A stretch of 64,000 nt of DNA, from NCBI RefSeq assembly GCF_009834535.1, contig NC_045696.1:42100001-42164000 (forward strand). Reading direction: 5' to 3'. Below, in pieces: positions 10,390-24,325 of the stretch. The notes beneath the pieces were generated by a model that searched no databases, was not told where the DNA came from, and saw nothing but the letters and a program-made list of their open reading frames with translations. Origin of the DNA: Camelus ferus (lineage: Eukaryota). The position numbers were made by a program, and so were the translations under genes. Each line of letters begins with the position of its first letter. The stretch's first letter is position 1.

Positions 10390-13300
10390 TTTTTGCCCCT
10401 ATCTTTATGGAGGTATAATTGACAAAATTTGTGTTTGTTCAAAGTGTATGACAGTGTTTTGATACAGATATGCATTGTGAAATAATTGCCACAATCAAGC
10501 AAAGTAACATATCTATCACCTCATATAGCTACCATTTCCTCCGCTTCTCCCTTCCTCCCTCCCTCCCTCCCTCCTTCCCTTCCTTCCTTCCTTCTTTTTT
10601 GTGATGAGAATACTTAAGATCTACCTTCTTAGCAAATTTCAAGTATATAATACAGTATTGGTAACTATGTTCACATTGCTGTACATTAGATCTTCAGAAC
10701 TTGTTCATTTTGCTTAACTGAAACTTTGTACCCTTTGACCAACATCTCCCCACTTCCCCTTCTCTAAGTCCTGGCAACCACCATTCTACTCTCTAGTTTT
10801 ATGAATGTGACTCCGTCATATGGAGGTTCCACACATATGTGAGACCACACAGTGTTTGTCTTTCTGTCTGGCTTATATCACTTAGCATGACGTTCTCCAG
10901 GTTCATACATGCTGTTGTAAATGTCTGGATTTCCTTCCTTTTGAAGATTGAATAATATTTCATTGTTTATACATATACCACTTCTGCTTTATTCATTCAT
11001 TCATTAATAGACATTTAGATTATTTCCATATCTTGGCAATTGTGAATAATGCTGCAGTGAACAGGGGAGAGCAGATATTTTGAGATACTGATTTCATTTC
11101 CATTGGATATGTACTCAGAAGTGGGATTGCTGGATCATAAGGCAGTTCTGTTTATAATTTTTTGAAGAACGTCTATACTGTTTTCCAAAATGGCTGTACC
11201 AATTTACACTACCATCAATAGTGTTCAAGGGTTCTCTTCGTAGACATCCTCACCGACATTTGTTATCTCTTGTCTTTTTGATTAATAGGCATTCTAACAG
11301 GTGTGAAAACTCACCTGATTTCAATGTAAATAAACAAAAACATTGTGGTTTTGATTTGCATTTCTCTGATGATTAGAGATACAGAGCATTTTTTCATGTA
11401 TCTCTTGGCCATTTGTATGTCTTCTTTTGAGAAATGTCTATTTAGGTCCTCTGCCTATTTTTTAATCTTTTTTTTTTTTTTGCTATTAAATTGTATGAAT
11501 TACTTATATATTTGGATATTAACCCCTTATCAGATATGCGGTTTGTAAATATTTTCTCCCATCAAATAAGTTGCCTTTTCATTTTGTTGATGGTTTCCTC
11601 TGATGTGGGAAAGCTTTTCAGTTTGATGCAATCCCATGGCTTTTTTGCCTTAGTTGTCTATGATTTTTGTGTCATATCCAAAATATCATTGCCCAGACAC
11701 AATACCAAGAAGTTTTCCCCTTGTGTTTTCTTCTGACAGTTTTATGGTTCCAGGTCTTATGCTTAAGTCTTCAATCCATTTTAAGTTGGTTTTTGTATAT
11801 GGAGTGATATAAAGGTACAATTTCATTGGTCTGTATGTGGATATTCAGTTTTCTCACTACCATTCATTGAAGAGACTATTCTTTCCCCATTGTGTACTCT
11901 TGACACTCTTGTTGAAGGTCTGTTGACCATACATAAGTGGATTTATTTCTGGATTGTCTATTCTGTTCCATTGGTCTATATATCTGTTTTTCTATCAGTA
12001 CCAATTGTTTGACTATAGTAGCTTTGTAATATATTTGGAAATCAGAAAGTGTGATGCCTCTAACTTTGTTCGTCTTGCTCAAGTTGGCTTTGGCTGTTTG
12101 AAATCTTCTGTGGTTCCATATGAATTTTCGGATTATTTTCATAATTCTATAAAGAATGCCATTGGTATTTTGATGGGGATTGCACTGAATCTGTAGTGGG
12201 TAGTATGGACACTTTAATGATATTAATTCTTCTGATCTATGTACATGAATTGTCTTTCCGTTTATCTGTGTCCTTTAAAATTCTTTCATCAATATCTTAT
12301 AATTTTGAGTGTACAGTCTTCATTGATTAAGTTTATTCGTAAGTATTTTATTCTTTTTGATGCTATTGTGAATGGAATTTTTTCTCAGTTTTTTTGGATT
12401 GTTCATTGTGTATAGAAATGTGATTGATTTTGTATTCTACAACTTTACTGAATGTATTAGTTCTATCCTTTTTTGTTGAGCTTTTAGGAATTTTTCACGT
12501 GTATGATTATATTATCTGCAAGTAAAGATACTTTTACTTCTTCCTTTCTGATTTGTATGCCTTTTATTTCATTTTCTTGTCTAATTGCTCTGACTAGGAA
12601 TTCCAGTAATATATTGAGGAGAAATGATGGGAATGGGCATCCTTGCCTTGTACCAGATCTTAGAGGGAAAAGTTTGTAGTTATTTTCCAATTGGTTATGA
12701 TGTTAGCTGTCAGCTTTTCATATATGGCTTCTATTGGGTTGAGGTAAGTTCCATTTATAATTATTTTTTGAGATTTTTAATCATGAAAGTGTGCTTAATT
12801 TTGTTAAATGCTTTTCCTGAGTCTATTGAAATGATCATGTACTTTTTTCTTTCATTTTTTTAATATGGTATATCACATTATTCATCCATCAATGGACAAT
12901 TGATTTGCATATGTTGAACCATCCTTGCTTCCCAGCATTGAATCCCACTTAGTTGTGGTTTATGACCCATTTCATGTGCTATTGAGTTCAGTTTTTTAGT
13001 ATTTTATTAGTGATTTTTGCATCTATGTTCATCAGGGATATTGGCCTGTCATTTTCTTTTCTTATAGTAGCTTTGGTTTTGATATCAGAGTGATGCTAGT
13101 CTCATAAAGTGAGTTTGGATGTATTTCCCCTTCTTACATTTTTTTGAAGAATTTAGAAAGAATTGGTATTAATTCTTCTTTGAATGTTTGGTAGAACTCA
13201 TCTATAAAATCATCTGGTCTTGGGCTTATCTTTGTTGGAAGATTTTTGATTGCTGATTCAATCTCCTTATTTGTTATTGGTCTCTTCAGGCATTCTATTT

Positions 13301-14935
13301 CTTCTTGATTCAGTTTAGTAGGTTGTGTATTTCTAGGAATTTATCCATTTCTTGTAGGTTATCCTCTTTGTTGGTATGTAATTGTTCATAATAGTCCTTT
13401 ATAATCCTTTTTATTTCTGAGGCTTCCATTGTAATGCTCCTCTTTCATTTAAGGTTTTATTTATTTGAGTCTTTATCTTTTTTCTTAGTCTGCCTAAGGG
13501 TTTATTGACTTTCTTTATCTTAATACCAAATTTTAGTTTTATTGATTTTTTCTTTTCTTGTTCTATTTCCTATTTGATTTAATTCTTAATACTCTAATCT
13601 TTCTTATTTCCTTCTGTCTTATTACTGCTTTTGCTGTATCCCCAAATTTTTGATATGTTTTCATTTCCATTGTCTCAAGATACTTTTACAGTTCTCTTTT
13701 GATTTGTTTTTTGACCCAATTGTTGTTCAAGAATGTTGTTCAGTTTTCACATATTTGTAACTTTTTCTGTTGTCTAGCTGTTACTGATTTTTAGTTTTAA
13801 TTCATTACGGTCAGAAAATATACTTGGAATGATTTTGATCTTCTTGTTTGTTAAGACTTGTTGTTGTGACCTAACATGATCTATCCTAAAGAATGTTCTG
13901 TGTTTGCCTGAGAAGAATGTGTATTTTCCTGCTGTTGAGTGAAAAGTTCTGTGTATGTTTGTTAGGTTCATTTGGTCTATAGTGTTGTTCAAGTTAGCTA
14001 TTTCTTTATTAATCTTCTGTCTTTATGTTCTATCCATTATTTTAAGTGGGGCATTTAAGTCCCATACTCTAACTGTATTGCTGTCAATTTCTCCTTTTAG
14101 ATTTGTCAGTGTTTGCTTTATGCATTTAGGTGCTCTGATGTTGGGTACTTATGTATTTATAGTTTTCATATTTTCCTGTTGAGTTGACCCTTTCATCATT
14201 ATATAATGACCGAGTTTGTCTCTAGAGATAGTTTTTGACTTAAAGTCTATTTTCTTTGATATAATTGCCTCTCTTGCTTTCTTTTTATTACTACTTTTAT
14301 GAAATATCTTTTTTCATCCCTTCACTTTCAGATATGTGTCTTTAAATCTAACCTGAGTCTCTTGTAGGCAATATATCACTGGATCTTGTTTTTAATCTAT
14401 GCAGGGATTTTATGCCTTTTGTTTGGGAGTTTTATCTATTTACTTTTAAAGTAATTATTAATAGGTGAAGACTGACTATTTCCATTTTATTAATTGTTAT
14501 TTGTCTGTTTCACAGTTGTTTTTGCTCTTTTTTTCTTGCTGTCTTCCTTTGCAGCAATTACTTTGATTTTTGCAGCAGTTACTTTGATTCTTTTCTCTTT
14601 ATCTTATGTTTATCTATTAGGGCTTTTTCTTTGTGCTTAGCATGAAGCTTACATAAAATATCATGTAGTTATAACCATCTCTTATACCTTGATAACTTAA
14701 ATTCAATCACATACAAAAACTCTACACTTTTACTCCCTTCTCCCACACACTTTGTGTTCTTGTAGTCAAGATTTTCTTTTTATGTTGTGTATCCATTAAT
14801 ATTTTTTGTTTTTACTGGTATATTAGGGTAACTTAGGCATCATCATTACAGTATTACATTATTCTGTATTTGTCATATATTTACTTTTAGTAATGAGATT
14901 TATGCTTTCATATGCTTTCATGTTGCTGTTTAGTA
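10390..14935 (-). mobile_element. Older L1 (L1MA-like): 3'UTR, decayed ORF2 and inter-ORF spacer, 5'-truncated
   Basis: ORF2 peptides [12 protein letters not shown] (12484-12690), [30 protein letters not shown] (11876-12142) and endonuclease-region FHSTAGKYTFFS..RIDH (13774-13992); L1MA-type 3' end near 10400. Confidence 0.93.
10545..10597. repeat. (CCCT)n/(CCTT)n low-complexity tract inside L1
   Basis: Seen directly. Confidence 0.85.
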
Positions 14936-14949
14936 TGTTTCTTTTCTGT

Positions 14950-16588
14950 GGATTTTATTTTATTTTTAATTTTTTAATTGAAGTTTAGCTGATTTACAAT
15001 ATTGTGTTAGTTTCTGGTATACAGCATAGCGATACAGTTTTATATATATATACACATACTATATATATATATATATATATATATATTCCTTTTCTTATTC
15101 TTTTTCATTATAGGCCATTACAAGTTATTGAATATAGTTCCCTATGCTATATGGTAGGACCATGTTATTTATCTGTTTTATATATAGTAGTTTATATCTG
15201 CAAATCTCAAACTCCCAACTTATCCCTCCTCATCCCCTTTCCCCCTGGTAACCATAAGTTTGTTTTCTGTCTGTGAGTCTGGTTTTTTTTGTTTGTTTGT
15301 TTTGAAAATAAGTTCATTTGCGTGATTTTTTTAGATTCCACATATATGTGATATCATATGGTATTTTTCTTTCTCTTTATGGCTTATTTCACTTAGTGTG
15401 ACAATCTCCAGATCCCTCCATGTTGCTGCAAAAGACATTATTTCATTCATTTTTATGGCTGAGATAGAAAGATAGATAGATAGATAAATAGATAGATAAA
15501 TAGATAGATACCACAATTCTTTTATCTAGTTGTCCATCGATGGACATTTAGGTTGCTTCCATGTCCATGCTATAGTAAATAGTGCTGCTATGAACATTGG
15601 GGTGCATGTATCTTTTTAAATTAAAGTTTCCTGTGGATATATGCCTGGGTAGGGGATGGCTGGATCATATGACAAGTCTACTTTTAGTTTTTTAAGGAAT
15701 CTCCATACTGTTTTCTATAATAGCTGCACCAAACTACATTTCCATCGGCAGTGTAGGAGGGTTCCCTTTTCTCCACACGCTCTCCAGCATTCATCATTCA
15801 TGGACTTTTGAATGATGGCCATTCTGACTGGTGTGAGGTGATACCTCATTATAGTTTTGCATTTGTCTGATAATTAGTGATATTGAGCATTTTTTTCATA
15901 TGCCTACTGGCCATTTGTATGTCTTCTTTGGATAAATGTTTAGGTCTTCTGCCTATTTTTTTGATTGGGTTGGGTTTTGTTGTTGTTGTTATTGAATTGT
16001 ATGAGCTGTTTGTATATTTTGGAAATTAAGCCCTTGTCAGCTGCATCATTTGCAAATATTTTCTCCCAGTCCATAGGTTTTGTTTATGGTTTTCTTTGCT
16101 GTGCAAAAGCTTGTAAGTTTAATTAGGTCCCATTTGTTTATTTTTGTTTTTATTTTCATTGCCTTGGGAGACTGACATGGAAAAATATTGCTACAATTTA
16201 TATCAAAGAGTGTTTTGCCTATGTTCTCCTCTAGGAGGTTTATAGTGTCTTGTCTTATGTTTAAGTCTTTAAGCCATTTTGAGTTTATTTCTGTGTATGG
16301 TGTGAGGGAGTGTTCTAATTTCACTGATTTGCGTGAGGCTGTCCAGCTTTCCCAATACAACTTGTCAAAGAGATTGTCTTTTCTCCATTGCATATTCTTG
16401 CCTCCTTTGTTGAAGATTAACTGACCTTCAGTGTGAGGGTTTATTTCTGGGATCTCTATTCTGTTCCATTGATCTATATGTCTTTTTTTTGTGTGCCAAT
16501 GTCATGCTGTTTTGATTACTGTAGCTATGTAGTATTATCTAAAATCTCGGAGATTTGTGCCACCAGCTTTGTTCTTTTTCTTCAGTAT
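14950..16588 (-). mobile_element. Young L1 3' part (ORF2 C-terminus plus 3'UTR)
   Basis: ORF 16046-16393 (..[33 protein letters not shown]..); 3'UTR like that of the 36-39 kb copy; internal (TA)n at about 15040-15085 and (GATA)n at about 15461-15510. Confidence 0.93.
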
Positions 16589-16599
16589 TGGAAGAGAGG

Positions 16600-16750
16600 T
16601 AAAACTGAACTTTGTTGTTTCTGTATCACAGTGCAACCTCTCTGTCTAATCCTTCTTTCTTTTCCCCCTTACAGTTGGTCCTGAGGCCAATAAAGTACTG
16701 ATGCAAATCTCTATTGCAGTCTTTCCCCCAGGGAACATGACCTAAAATAG
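16600..16750 (+). mobile_element. Ancient ERVL-class LTR 3' end fragment (LTR16/LTR33-like)
   Basis: ccaataaagtac...gcaaatctctattgcagtctttcccccagggaacatgacctaaaata resembles the terminus of this LTR class. Confidence 0.45.
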
Positions 16751-17220
16751 CTAAGGAAAAGTTTTAATTCCCAAATGATTTCTTCTTCTTACTCATTCAG
16801 CATTCTTCTGGTGATTCTCCTTCTGACAGTTATGTAATCTGAGAAACAGCCCAAGCACAATATAAGTGGGAAGGCAAGTACATTAAAAATAAAATTTAAG
16901 AGAAATTTGAATTCCTGCCATTCCTTCCCTTGCATTAGAATGGTTAGAGATCTTTCCACATAATGGCACATGACAAGAAAATTGAAGCCATTCAGTCAGT
17001 ATTTTGGGTGTGTACTATATATACAGCATTATGAAAAATTAAAAAAAAAAAAGACATGGCTTCTCAGGAAAAAAACCCCAAATAACTATAGAGTGAGAAA
17101 AGGCAGCATTAGTGTTTCTAATACAGTGTTATGATATTTGATTAGGAAGGAATAAATCTGTTTTAGCTGGGGTAATCAGAGCAGATATCTGAAAAATGTG
17201 GTATTAAGAGGACATTGCAT

Positions 17221-17381
17221 GGGGAGCATATAGCTCATTGGTAGACGGCATGCCTAGCATGACTGAGGTCCTGGGTTCAATCCCGAGTACCTCCATTAAA
17301 AAAATGGATAACTTAATTATCCCCCAAATGAATAACCTAATTACCTTCCCCCCCAAAAGATGAAAAAAATAATAATAAAAT
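17221..17381 (+). mobile_element. tRNA-derived SINE (camelid Vic-1-like)
   Basis: A/B boxes (tagctcattggtagac; ggttcaatccc), 3' aacctaattacc-C-run and an A tail; 12-bp TSD gaggacattgca at 17208-17219 and 17382-17393. Confidence 0.93.
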
Positions 17382-18930
17382 GAGGACATTGCAGAAGGGC
17401 TCAGTGTAACCAAGGACGGGATCTTAGTCAACATAGCTTGTTAAATCACTTAACTGACTTTTTAAAAACTCCTGATGCTCTGATACTTTGTTAAGTCTTG
17501 GTGGCCCAGTATGAGTCAGTTAGAGGTTAATTGGTTTTGCCTGTGAACCTGGGTCAGCTAGCCTTCACGTGGTTCCACAGTCCCATTTCATTCTTTTCAT
17601 AATCTGCAAGATCAAGTGACCTTCTTAGTAACTTAAACTTTCAAATTTTGCTGAAAGGGTTTTTCACTGGTTCCTTGTAATTCTATATGAGATAAATCAT
17701 GAGAAAGTTTAAGAAGGGCTTAAGTGTGTCCACTTATGTTTTTGAATCATTTACTTCTAGCCCTGGACTCCCTTCTTTCTGCCTCGTTGACTTGTATTGC
17801 TTCTATTCTGTTAGAATGTGGTTTGGTCTGCATTATGCTGAAAGCAAAAGATCTGGTGAGGGTGGAATTTGTCCTTAGTAAATGATGTGTCAACTGTAGT
17901 GAAAACCCAGGTTGACAAATAGACATGTAGCCTACGTTCCTTTAAATTTAGACTTGAACTTATTTCAAGATAGGGAATCAATCATCTGAGTTGGAACGAG
18001 TTCTGAGTTAAAGCTAGGTTGAGAGATGTTGTCTCATTCTGGAACAGAGCAGGGGACTCAACAATAATCTGTCAACTACATAGTAGTTTTTGAGATTTTC
18101 CCCAAAGTATCTCTTTCCAGGCTTCTTCAATATTCCTCAGGATATATCTCTACCCAAAGCAGCCTAATGAGCCTGACAAAATTATGGGTTTGCCATTTAT
18201 GTTGCTTTGTGGCCACAAACAGAAACCTCTGAATCTATTAGTGGACCCAAGCAAGAGTGAACAGCCAGCTTACCTAATTCATGTGCTATGTTAGTTCCTT
18301 CTTTCATTTCACATAAGCTTTCTTTGAGTTTGTAGTTTTGGAAACCATGGCAGGAATAGAGGCAGGGGTGGTATGGCTGAAGAGCAGAAAGAAGAGAAGA
18401 ACCTCTGATTCTAATAGAACATCCCTTCATTGCTCAACCCTTGGCATCCTTGTGGCCGTGGCTCCCATTCCTTATCACTTTCTTCCGAACAGTAGAACTA
18501 GTCAGGCCTGCAGGACTTTATCTCAGCCATTACATCCTACTGTGATGTGACAAACATGGCAACAGGTAATAGCCATGTGGCTTCTCTATTCTTTCCTGAA
18601 GCAATATCTCTTTGTTATTGGAGATAGGAAATTAAAAGAAGCCTTTCTAAAGTATTAGGGCATTTAAATTGCATGTTAGGCTTTTATTTTTTCAATTTGG
18701 CAGCAGAAATAATCTAAGAATTTCCTGGGCTCCACTGGAAATCATTTAAACAGTAAACTTCTTTAACATTTCTATTAAAAGAATTTACACCAATGTTTAC
18801 ATTTTATGTTAAATAGGCCCAACTATCAAAGGCAAAACTGTGGTGTGTTGTTTGTGTTTAAAGGATTCAGTCCCGTCTGGTAGCAGGCTTTATAGAAGGA
18901 AATACGTCCAAAACGTTTTTAAATTTCTGC

Positions 18931-19064
18931 TATTTTTTGTTTTTGGGGAGGAAGTAATTAGGTTTATTTATTTTTATTTATTTTTAAATGGAGGTACTGG
19001 AAATTGATCCCAGGACCACGTGCATGCTAAACACGGGCTCTACCACTGAGCTATACCCTCCTCC
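18931..19064 (-). mobile_element. tRNA-derived SINE (camelid Vic-1-like)
   Basis: Reverse complement reads GGAGGGTATAGCTCAGTGGTAGAG...GGATCAATTTCCAGTACCTCC...AAACCTAATTAC. Confidence 0.9.
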
Positions 19065-19149
19065 TGGGGCTTTTTTTTTTTTAAGAGAAATTTGAGCACC
19101 TATAATACTGGTAAAAATAAATTTTTATCCGTATCTTATGTACTGGATA

Positions 19150-19450
19150 TAGTCCCAAGGGCTTTACAAGCAGTAACTTGTTTAATCCTCATTAAACACA
19201 TTAGTTTGATATTATTATTCTTACCTTCTAGCTTAGAAAACTAAATCCCAAAGGAAGCAAGGCTGTCTGTGGCCCCTGTGCTAGCAGGTTGACGAGCCAT
19301 ATTTGTTTCTAGGCAAGCTGCTTCTAAAACTATACCTCCAGCCAGCTGTCATTTTGTAGATGATGAAATTGAGATCCAAAGAGATGAAATAACTTGTCAA
19401 GATCATTTGTGTATTAGGTGGTAAAATTGGGATTTGACCTCAAATCCATT
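19150..19450 (-). mobile_element. Two adjacent degraded MIR fragments
   Basis: tttaatcctca...attattattc...gaaaactaaatcccaaagg; cattttgtagatgatgaaattgagatccaaagagatgaaataacttgtcaagatca. Confidence 0.65.
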
Positions 19451-19688
19451 GGGTCTCTTTCCAATGCTTTTGTTTTTATTTAAAGTTGACACATAGGTAA
19501 AAGTTAAAGAAACTGGAATCATTTAGTCTTAAGAACACTGAGAGGCAGTTTGGTTTTTGTTTTTGTTTTTTCCTTCATTATGCTAGCCACCTGCAAAATA
19601 TAGGAATTTACTTATTTCTCTCCATATAGAATACAATTACATGCTTGGCACCAGTTTCTCCAAGCCAAACCTCTTGATTTGGGTCTCG

Positions 19689-20049
19689 GTCATGGACTGA
19701 ATGTTTGTGTTACCTTCTAAATGCATATATTGATGTCCTAATCCCCAATGTGATGGTATTTTGGAGGTGGCACCTTTGGGAGGTAATTCTGTTTAGATGA
19801 AGTCTTGAAGGGGGCCCCTTGATGGCATTAGTGTCCTTGTGAGAAAAGAAAGGGAGACTGGAGGTCTCTCTCCACAATGTCAAGACACATCAGGAAGGTG
19901 GCTGTCTACAAATCAGAGAACAGGCTCTCACAGAGAACCAGATCTGCTGGCACCTCGATCTTGTACTTTTCAGCCTCCAGGACTGTGAGAAATAAATGTC
20001 TATCGTTTGAGCCACCTTTTGTTTTGTTTTAGCAGCCTGAGCTCAGACA
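19689..20049 (+). mobile_element. MaLR LTR (MLT1A-like)
   Basis: atggactgaatgtttgtg...ctaatccccaatgtgatggtatt...cagcctccaggactgtgagaaataaatgtctatcgtttgagccacc...gcagcctgagctcagaca. Confidence 0.88.
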
Positions 20050-20829
20050 GTCTCTGATCCATATACCTTTGATAAAATCTTCATTGTCACCCTCCCACCA
20101 CTTCTGGCCAAGATGTTCAGGCTCTAGACTGACTGTAAAAGTGAATAAGTAGATGTATTCAGAGTTCTTCTCATGAAGAGCCTCTCTACCTGCTCGTCTG
20201 TCTGGTGTTAGCGGGGGCAGCCCTGAAGATAATCCTGAGAAGTCTCGTATTGTAGAGCTACCTGGGGGCCCCAAGTTGAATCCTGTGATTTTGGTTGCCA
20301 GTGGGGTTAGGCTTATCCTACAGAAGTCACCTGGATGGAAACTGACTCAAAATCACATCACATGTTGGCTTCATGGTAACTATGAAGATGATATAACATG
20401 TAAAAATACTGGCAATAAGTGAACAAAGTAGGATGCCCAATTGGAGTCTTGATTATGACGGGAAGTTCTTTTTGAATTTTATGAGCCTTTAAGGATTAAG
20501 TGAATGATGGTAAATTAACCCGTTAGCAATGTTTGGGACATAGTAGGTGCTAAGTATATGTTTTTCTCCTTTGTTTTCCCTTCCCTTTCCTGTGCATGTA
20601 AAAACAAAGATCATATAAACTGAGAAACATACTAGCTGATTAATTATTAAGCAAATATTTTTTAGCTACCTACTGTGTGTCTGGCATTACTGGCTTCGTG
20701 TAGGATACCAGAGATGTTACACCATGGCCAGGTCCTTAAAAATAAGTTTTTATTATTATTTTTATTGTTGTAAAATGTACATAACATGAAAATGACCATT
20801 TGTATCCATTTCATTTAATGAGTTACCAT

Positions 20830-21321
20830 GTGTGGTAGCCTGAATAACAGCCCCAGTGATAACCAGGTCTTAATCCCTGGAACCTGTGAATGGTACCTTC
20901 TAGTGCAAAGGATACTTTGCAGACGTGATTAATGATGAGGAGAGTATCCTGGGTTATCAGGTGGGCACTAAATACAATCACAGGTGACCTTATGAGAAGG
21001 AAGCAGAGGGAATTTGGACACAGATGAGATCATGTGATGGGAGCAGAAGGAAGAGAAGATGCTACACTGTTGGCTTTGAAAATGGAGGAAGGAACCACAA
21101 ACTGAGGAATTCAGGTGGCTCCTAGAAACCAGAAAAGGCAAGGAAAAGAGTTCTCCCCTAGAGCCCTTAGAGGGAGCATGGCCCCACTGACGCCTTACTT
21201 TTCTCCTTGTGAAGTTGATTTCAGGCTGCTGGCCTCCAGAATTGTAAGAGAATACATTTGTGTTGTTTTAAGGCCCCAAGTTGATAGTAATTAGTTACAG
21301 CAGTCATAGGAATCTAATACA
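20830..21321 (+). mobile_element. MaLR LTR (MLT1D-like)
   Basis: tgtggtagcctgaataacagcccc...taatccctggaacctgtgaat...ggcctccagaattgtaagagaatacatttgtgttgttttaag...gcagtcataggaatctaataca. Confidence 0.88.
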
Positions 21322-21404
21322 CTATAGTTCAAAGATCTTTCTTAAGAAAGAATCCCATTCTCTGTAGAAGATGAAATAATTCAGAGGCCAGAGGTGCTAG
21401 AGAG

Positions 21405-21570
21405 GCAGCATTTAGTACAGGGAAGAGTAAAGACCTGGGAATTGGATCCTAGATTCCATTCTGCTGGACTTTGGGCCAAGCCTCTTGGCCTTTCTGAGAT
21501 TCAGTTCCCACATACATAACCATCAAGGGAATGAATGGGATAAATTATACTTGAGAGCCCTTTAATCTCC
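21405..21570 (+). mobile_element. MIR fragment
   Basis: gaggcagcatttagtacagggaagag...ctttgggccaagcctcttggcctttctgagattcagttcc. Confidence 0.55.
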
Positions 21571-21999
21571 CTACCCTGTTTCATCAGATTAAATCAAATA
21601 AGGGCAGAGGATAACAACAGAGGACACGGAATTCTTATGAGGCCTTGAGGCTGAAGGGGATGTTGGGGAGGTAGGGAGGAGGGAAATACTGCAAGGCAGC
21701 TAACGTCACTTTACATTGGTGTTTGTGCTGGCCTGGGGTGTGTTTAAGTGCTATGGCTGGGACTGTCTTGGTCTTACTGAGAGCGGGGTCTGCCTTTTCT
21801 TCCCTGAGTCACAGCCTGGCCACAGCGGCCTGATATCCAAATCAAGGATGGAAAGGGGTCCAAATCTAGAGGCTGAAAGCAGTTTCTTTAAGTTTTCTCA
21901 TCCCAGAGAAGTCTTTGAATGCAGAACTTGGGCGCCTCTGGGCTTCTTATGCAACAGCTTTCCTAATAAACCTGGGAGGGGCTTCTGATGGGGAGTAAA

Positions 22000-22200
22000 A
22001 CAGCACTTATTAAGTATTATTGGGCCATCTACAGGGTTAAAAGCTTTATATGTAAAATCATTCAGTCTTCACAAAAATCTCTGTGAGTTAGTTATCGGCA
22101 CCTCTGTTGTGTTGGCAAAGAAATTGAAGTTTAGAGAGGATATGACTGTCCCTAAGGTGACACAGCTGGTAAGTGGCCAAGCCTGAAACTGGATGCACGC
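22000..22200 (-). mobile_element. MIR SINE
   Basis: cacttattaagtattat...aaagaaattgaagtttagagagg...cctaaggtgacacagctggtaagtggc. Confidence 0.75.
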
Positions 22201-22502
22201 CACCTGGAACCAAAGGCCATATGCGTGAGATGCTCTTCTCCTTGAAAGGTGATTTGAGGTGATGTGGATGGGAACTTAAGTCTAAAGCAGGGCATGCAGT
22301 TGTATCTCAGATTCCCAGTCTGTCTTTTCTCTAAACAATTGCATTTTAATTTTGTCTTCTTAGATGAAAGAACAATGGGAAACCTTTGTGCCTGGGCTTA
22401 GGGAACTGCCTTAAAAGGAATACAGTCGCTTCTCACCTACCACCTGGAATCACTTTATAAGGGCCTTAGAATTTGGAGAAATCTGAACTTGTACTGCGTT
22501 AG

Positions 22503-23118
22503 TGTTGTCGGTGATTAGGTTCTTGTCTCGTCCCAGAAAGAATTCAGAGACGAGACATGGAGGTTAAGAAAGTAAAGTGGCGATTTATGAAAGGATGGAT
22601 AGTGCACTCTCAAGGGGAGAGCAGGCAGGCTCAGGTGAGCAACTGTGCTGAGTTTCTTCGACAAGTTGGTTCCATAGGGTGTAAAAATGAACAGGCAGAA
22701 TATTCATTGGGGAGGGAAGGGTTTGGGGTTGTAGTCCCTGATTTTCATTCCAGCTTCACCTTCCCGAGGGGAGGAGGGATTTTTGTCCTTATTTAGTCTG
22801 GATCGGAAGTGTCATGGTGTTGGTACATGATGGATACTGCTAATCTGCAGGGCTAATTTTATTGAAATGAGGGCATAATGAGCAAAAGGTTACACGGACA
22901 CTGGAGATTCCTGCCGTTTCCCACCTTTCTTTGTCGGCTCCCCTCTGAAAATCAGCCCAGAGGTTCCTGCTTTTCTCTGTCTGCCCAGGGACCCCTGTTG
23001 TTTACATGATGTATGGTTTTCTGCATTTGGCCTGTGCCCCCCCTTTTTGTCCAGTTCCTGCCATTTGGCCTGCATCCCCCTTTTTCTGCTCATATCTAGC
23101 TATCTGCCTGCTCTAACA
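22503..23118 (-). mobile_element. Young ERV1-class solo LTR
   Basis: TG...CA termini (tgttgtcgg...ctctaaca; short terminal inverted repeat TGTT/AACA); hairpin tgtctcgtc...gacgagaca near the U5 end; degenerate polyA signal; no adjacent internal sequence. Confidence 0.8.
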
Positions 23119-23629
23119 CCAGTGGTCCATGACATATACTTGGGTATGTGCCTAAGCACTTGATTCTTTTTTCTTGGATATTGTTCTTAATTCTTCCTTA
23201 GATTATATGTTCTTTCAGTCCGAGAATGACTTCATTGCTTTTTTTCCCCCTATAGACTCCCAGTTCTCTAGAGTGTTACTGAGCATATGAAATAAGTAAA
23301 TAACCCTTATATTTAAAACTTTCAATGGAACATAGGAAGGAGCATGGAAGACAACAATGATTTCTCTTATCTTAAAGTGGGGATAATTATACTCATCTTA
23401 ATAAAAAGAAATTTTATTTTGATGACACAATTACTTTCCTAATACAAAGGTTTCAGTTTCTTAAGTCACTTTTGGGGTCTATGAGAATTTTTGCTTTTAA
23501 AAGGAGCCAATACATTTCCTGAGGTTGAAACTGATTTAGTTTTTATTCCTATTTTCAGGATAACTTAGCTCACCCTCTAACTGATCAAGGTGGATCTGGG
23601 CACACACATGCACATGCTATTAATTTTCT

Positions 23630-24170
23630 GAGCCAATTGAGAGTAAGTGGCAGGCATAATATCTCTTTACTGCTGAATATTTCAGTGTGCATTTCCTGAA
23701 AACAAGGACATTATTTTATGTAAATACTGTATAACTATTAAAATCAATGGATTTTATATATAATCATTGATATAGTACTATTATAAAAACAACAGACCTT
23801 ATTCAGATTTCTCCAATTGTTTTACTAATGCCATTAATAATAAAAGAAGAAAAAAAATATTTTCTGGCCCAGGATCCGATTCAGAATAACATTGCATTCA
23901 GTTGTCATGTATTTTTGTCTCCTTTAATCTGGAATTATTTATTAGTCTTGCTTTGTCTTTCATGACCTTGACTTTTTTTGGGGGTGGGGGGGAAGGTACA
24001 GGCTATTTGTTTTGTAAAATTGCCCTCAATTTAGGTTTGTTAAATTTTGTCCCTGTGATTTGATTAAGGTTATGTATTTTTGGGTGGAATACCATAGAAG
24101 TGTTTCCTGTCCTCAGTGCATCATATCAAGAAACAGATGGTATCTATTTGTCCTAATGGTGATGTAGTAA
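23630..24170 (-). mobile_element. Old L1 3'UTR (L1MC-like)
   Basis: tgaatatttcagtgtgcatttcctgaaaacaaggacatt...cccaggatccgattcag...cattgcattcagttgtcatgt...ctttaatctggaa. Confidence 0.8.
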
Positions 24171-24325
24171 GATTACCACCACATAAAATGGTAACAAAAA
24201 CTTTGCAAGGAGATACATCAAACTCTTAGCAGGTATCCCTGGGACATGAGACTGTGGATGACTTTTTTTCTGCTGCTTTTCCGAGTTCTTTTGTATGCTT
24301 TTGTAATGGGAAAACTCAATGCATA

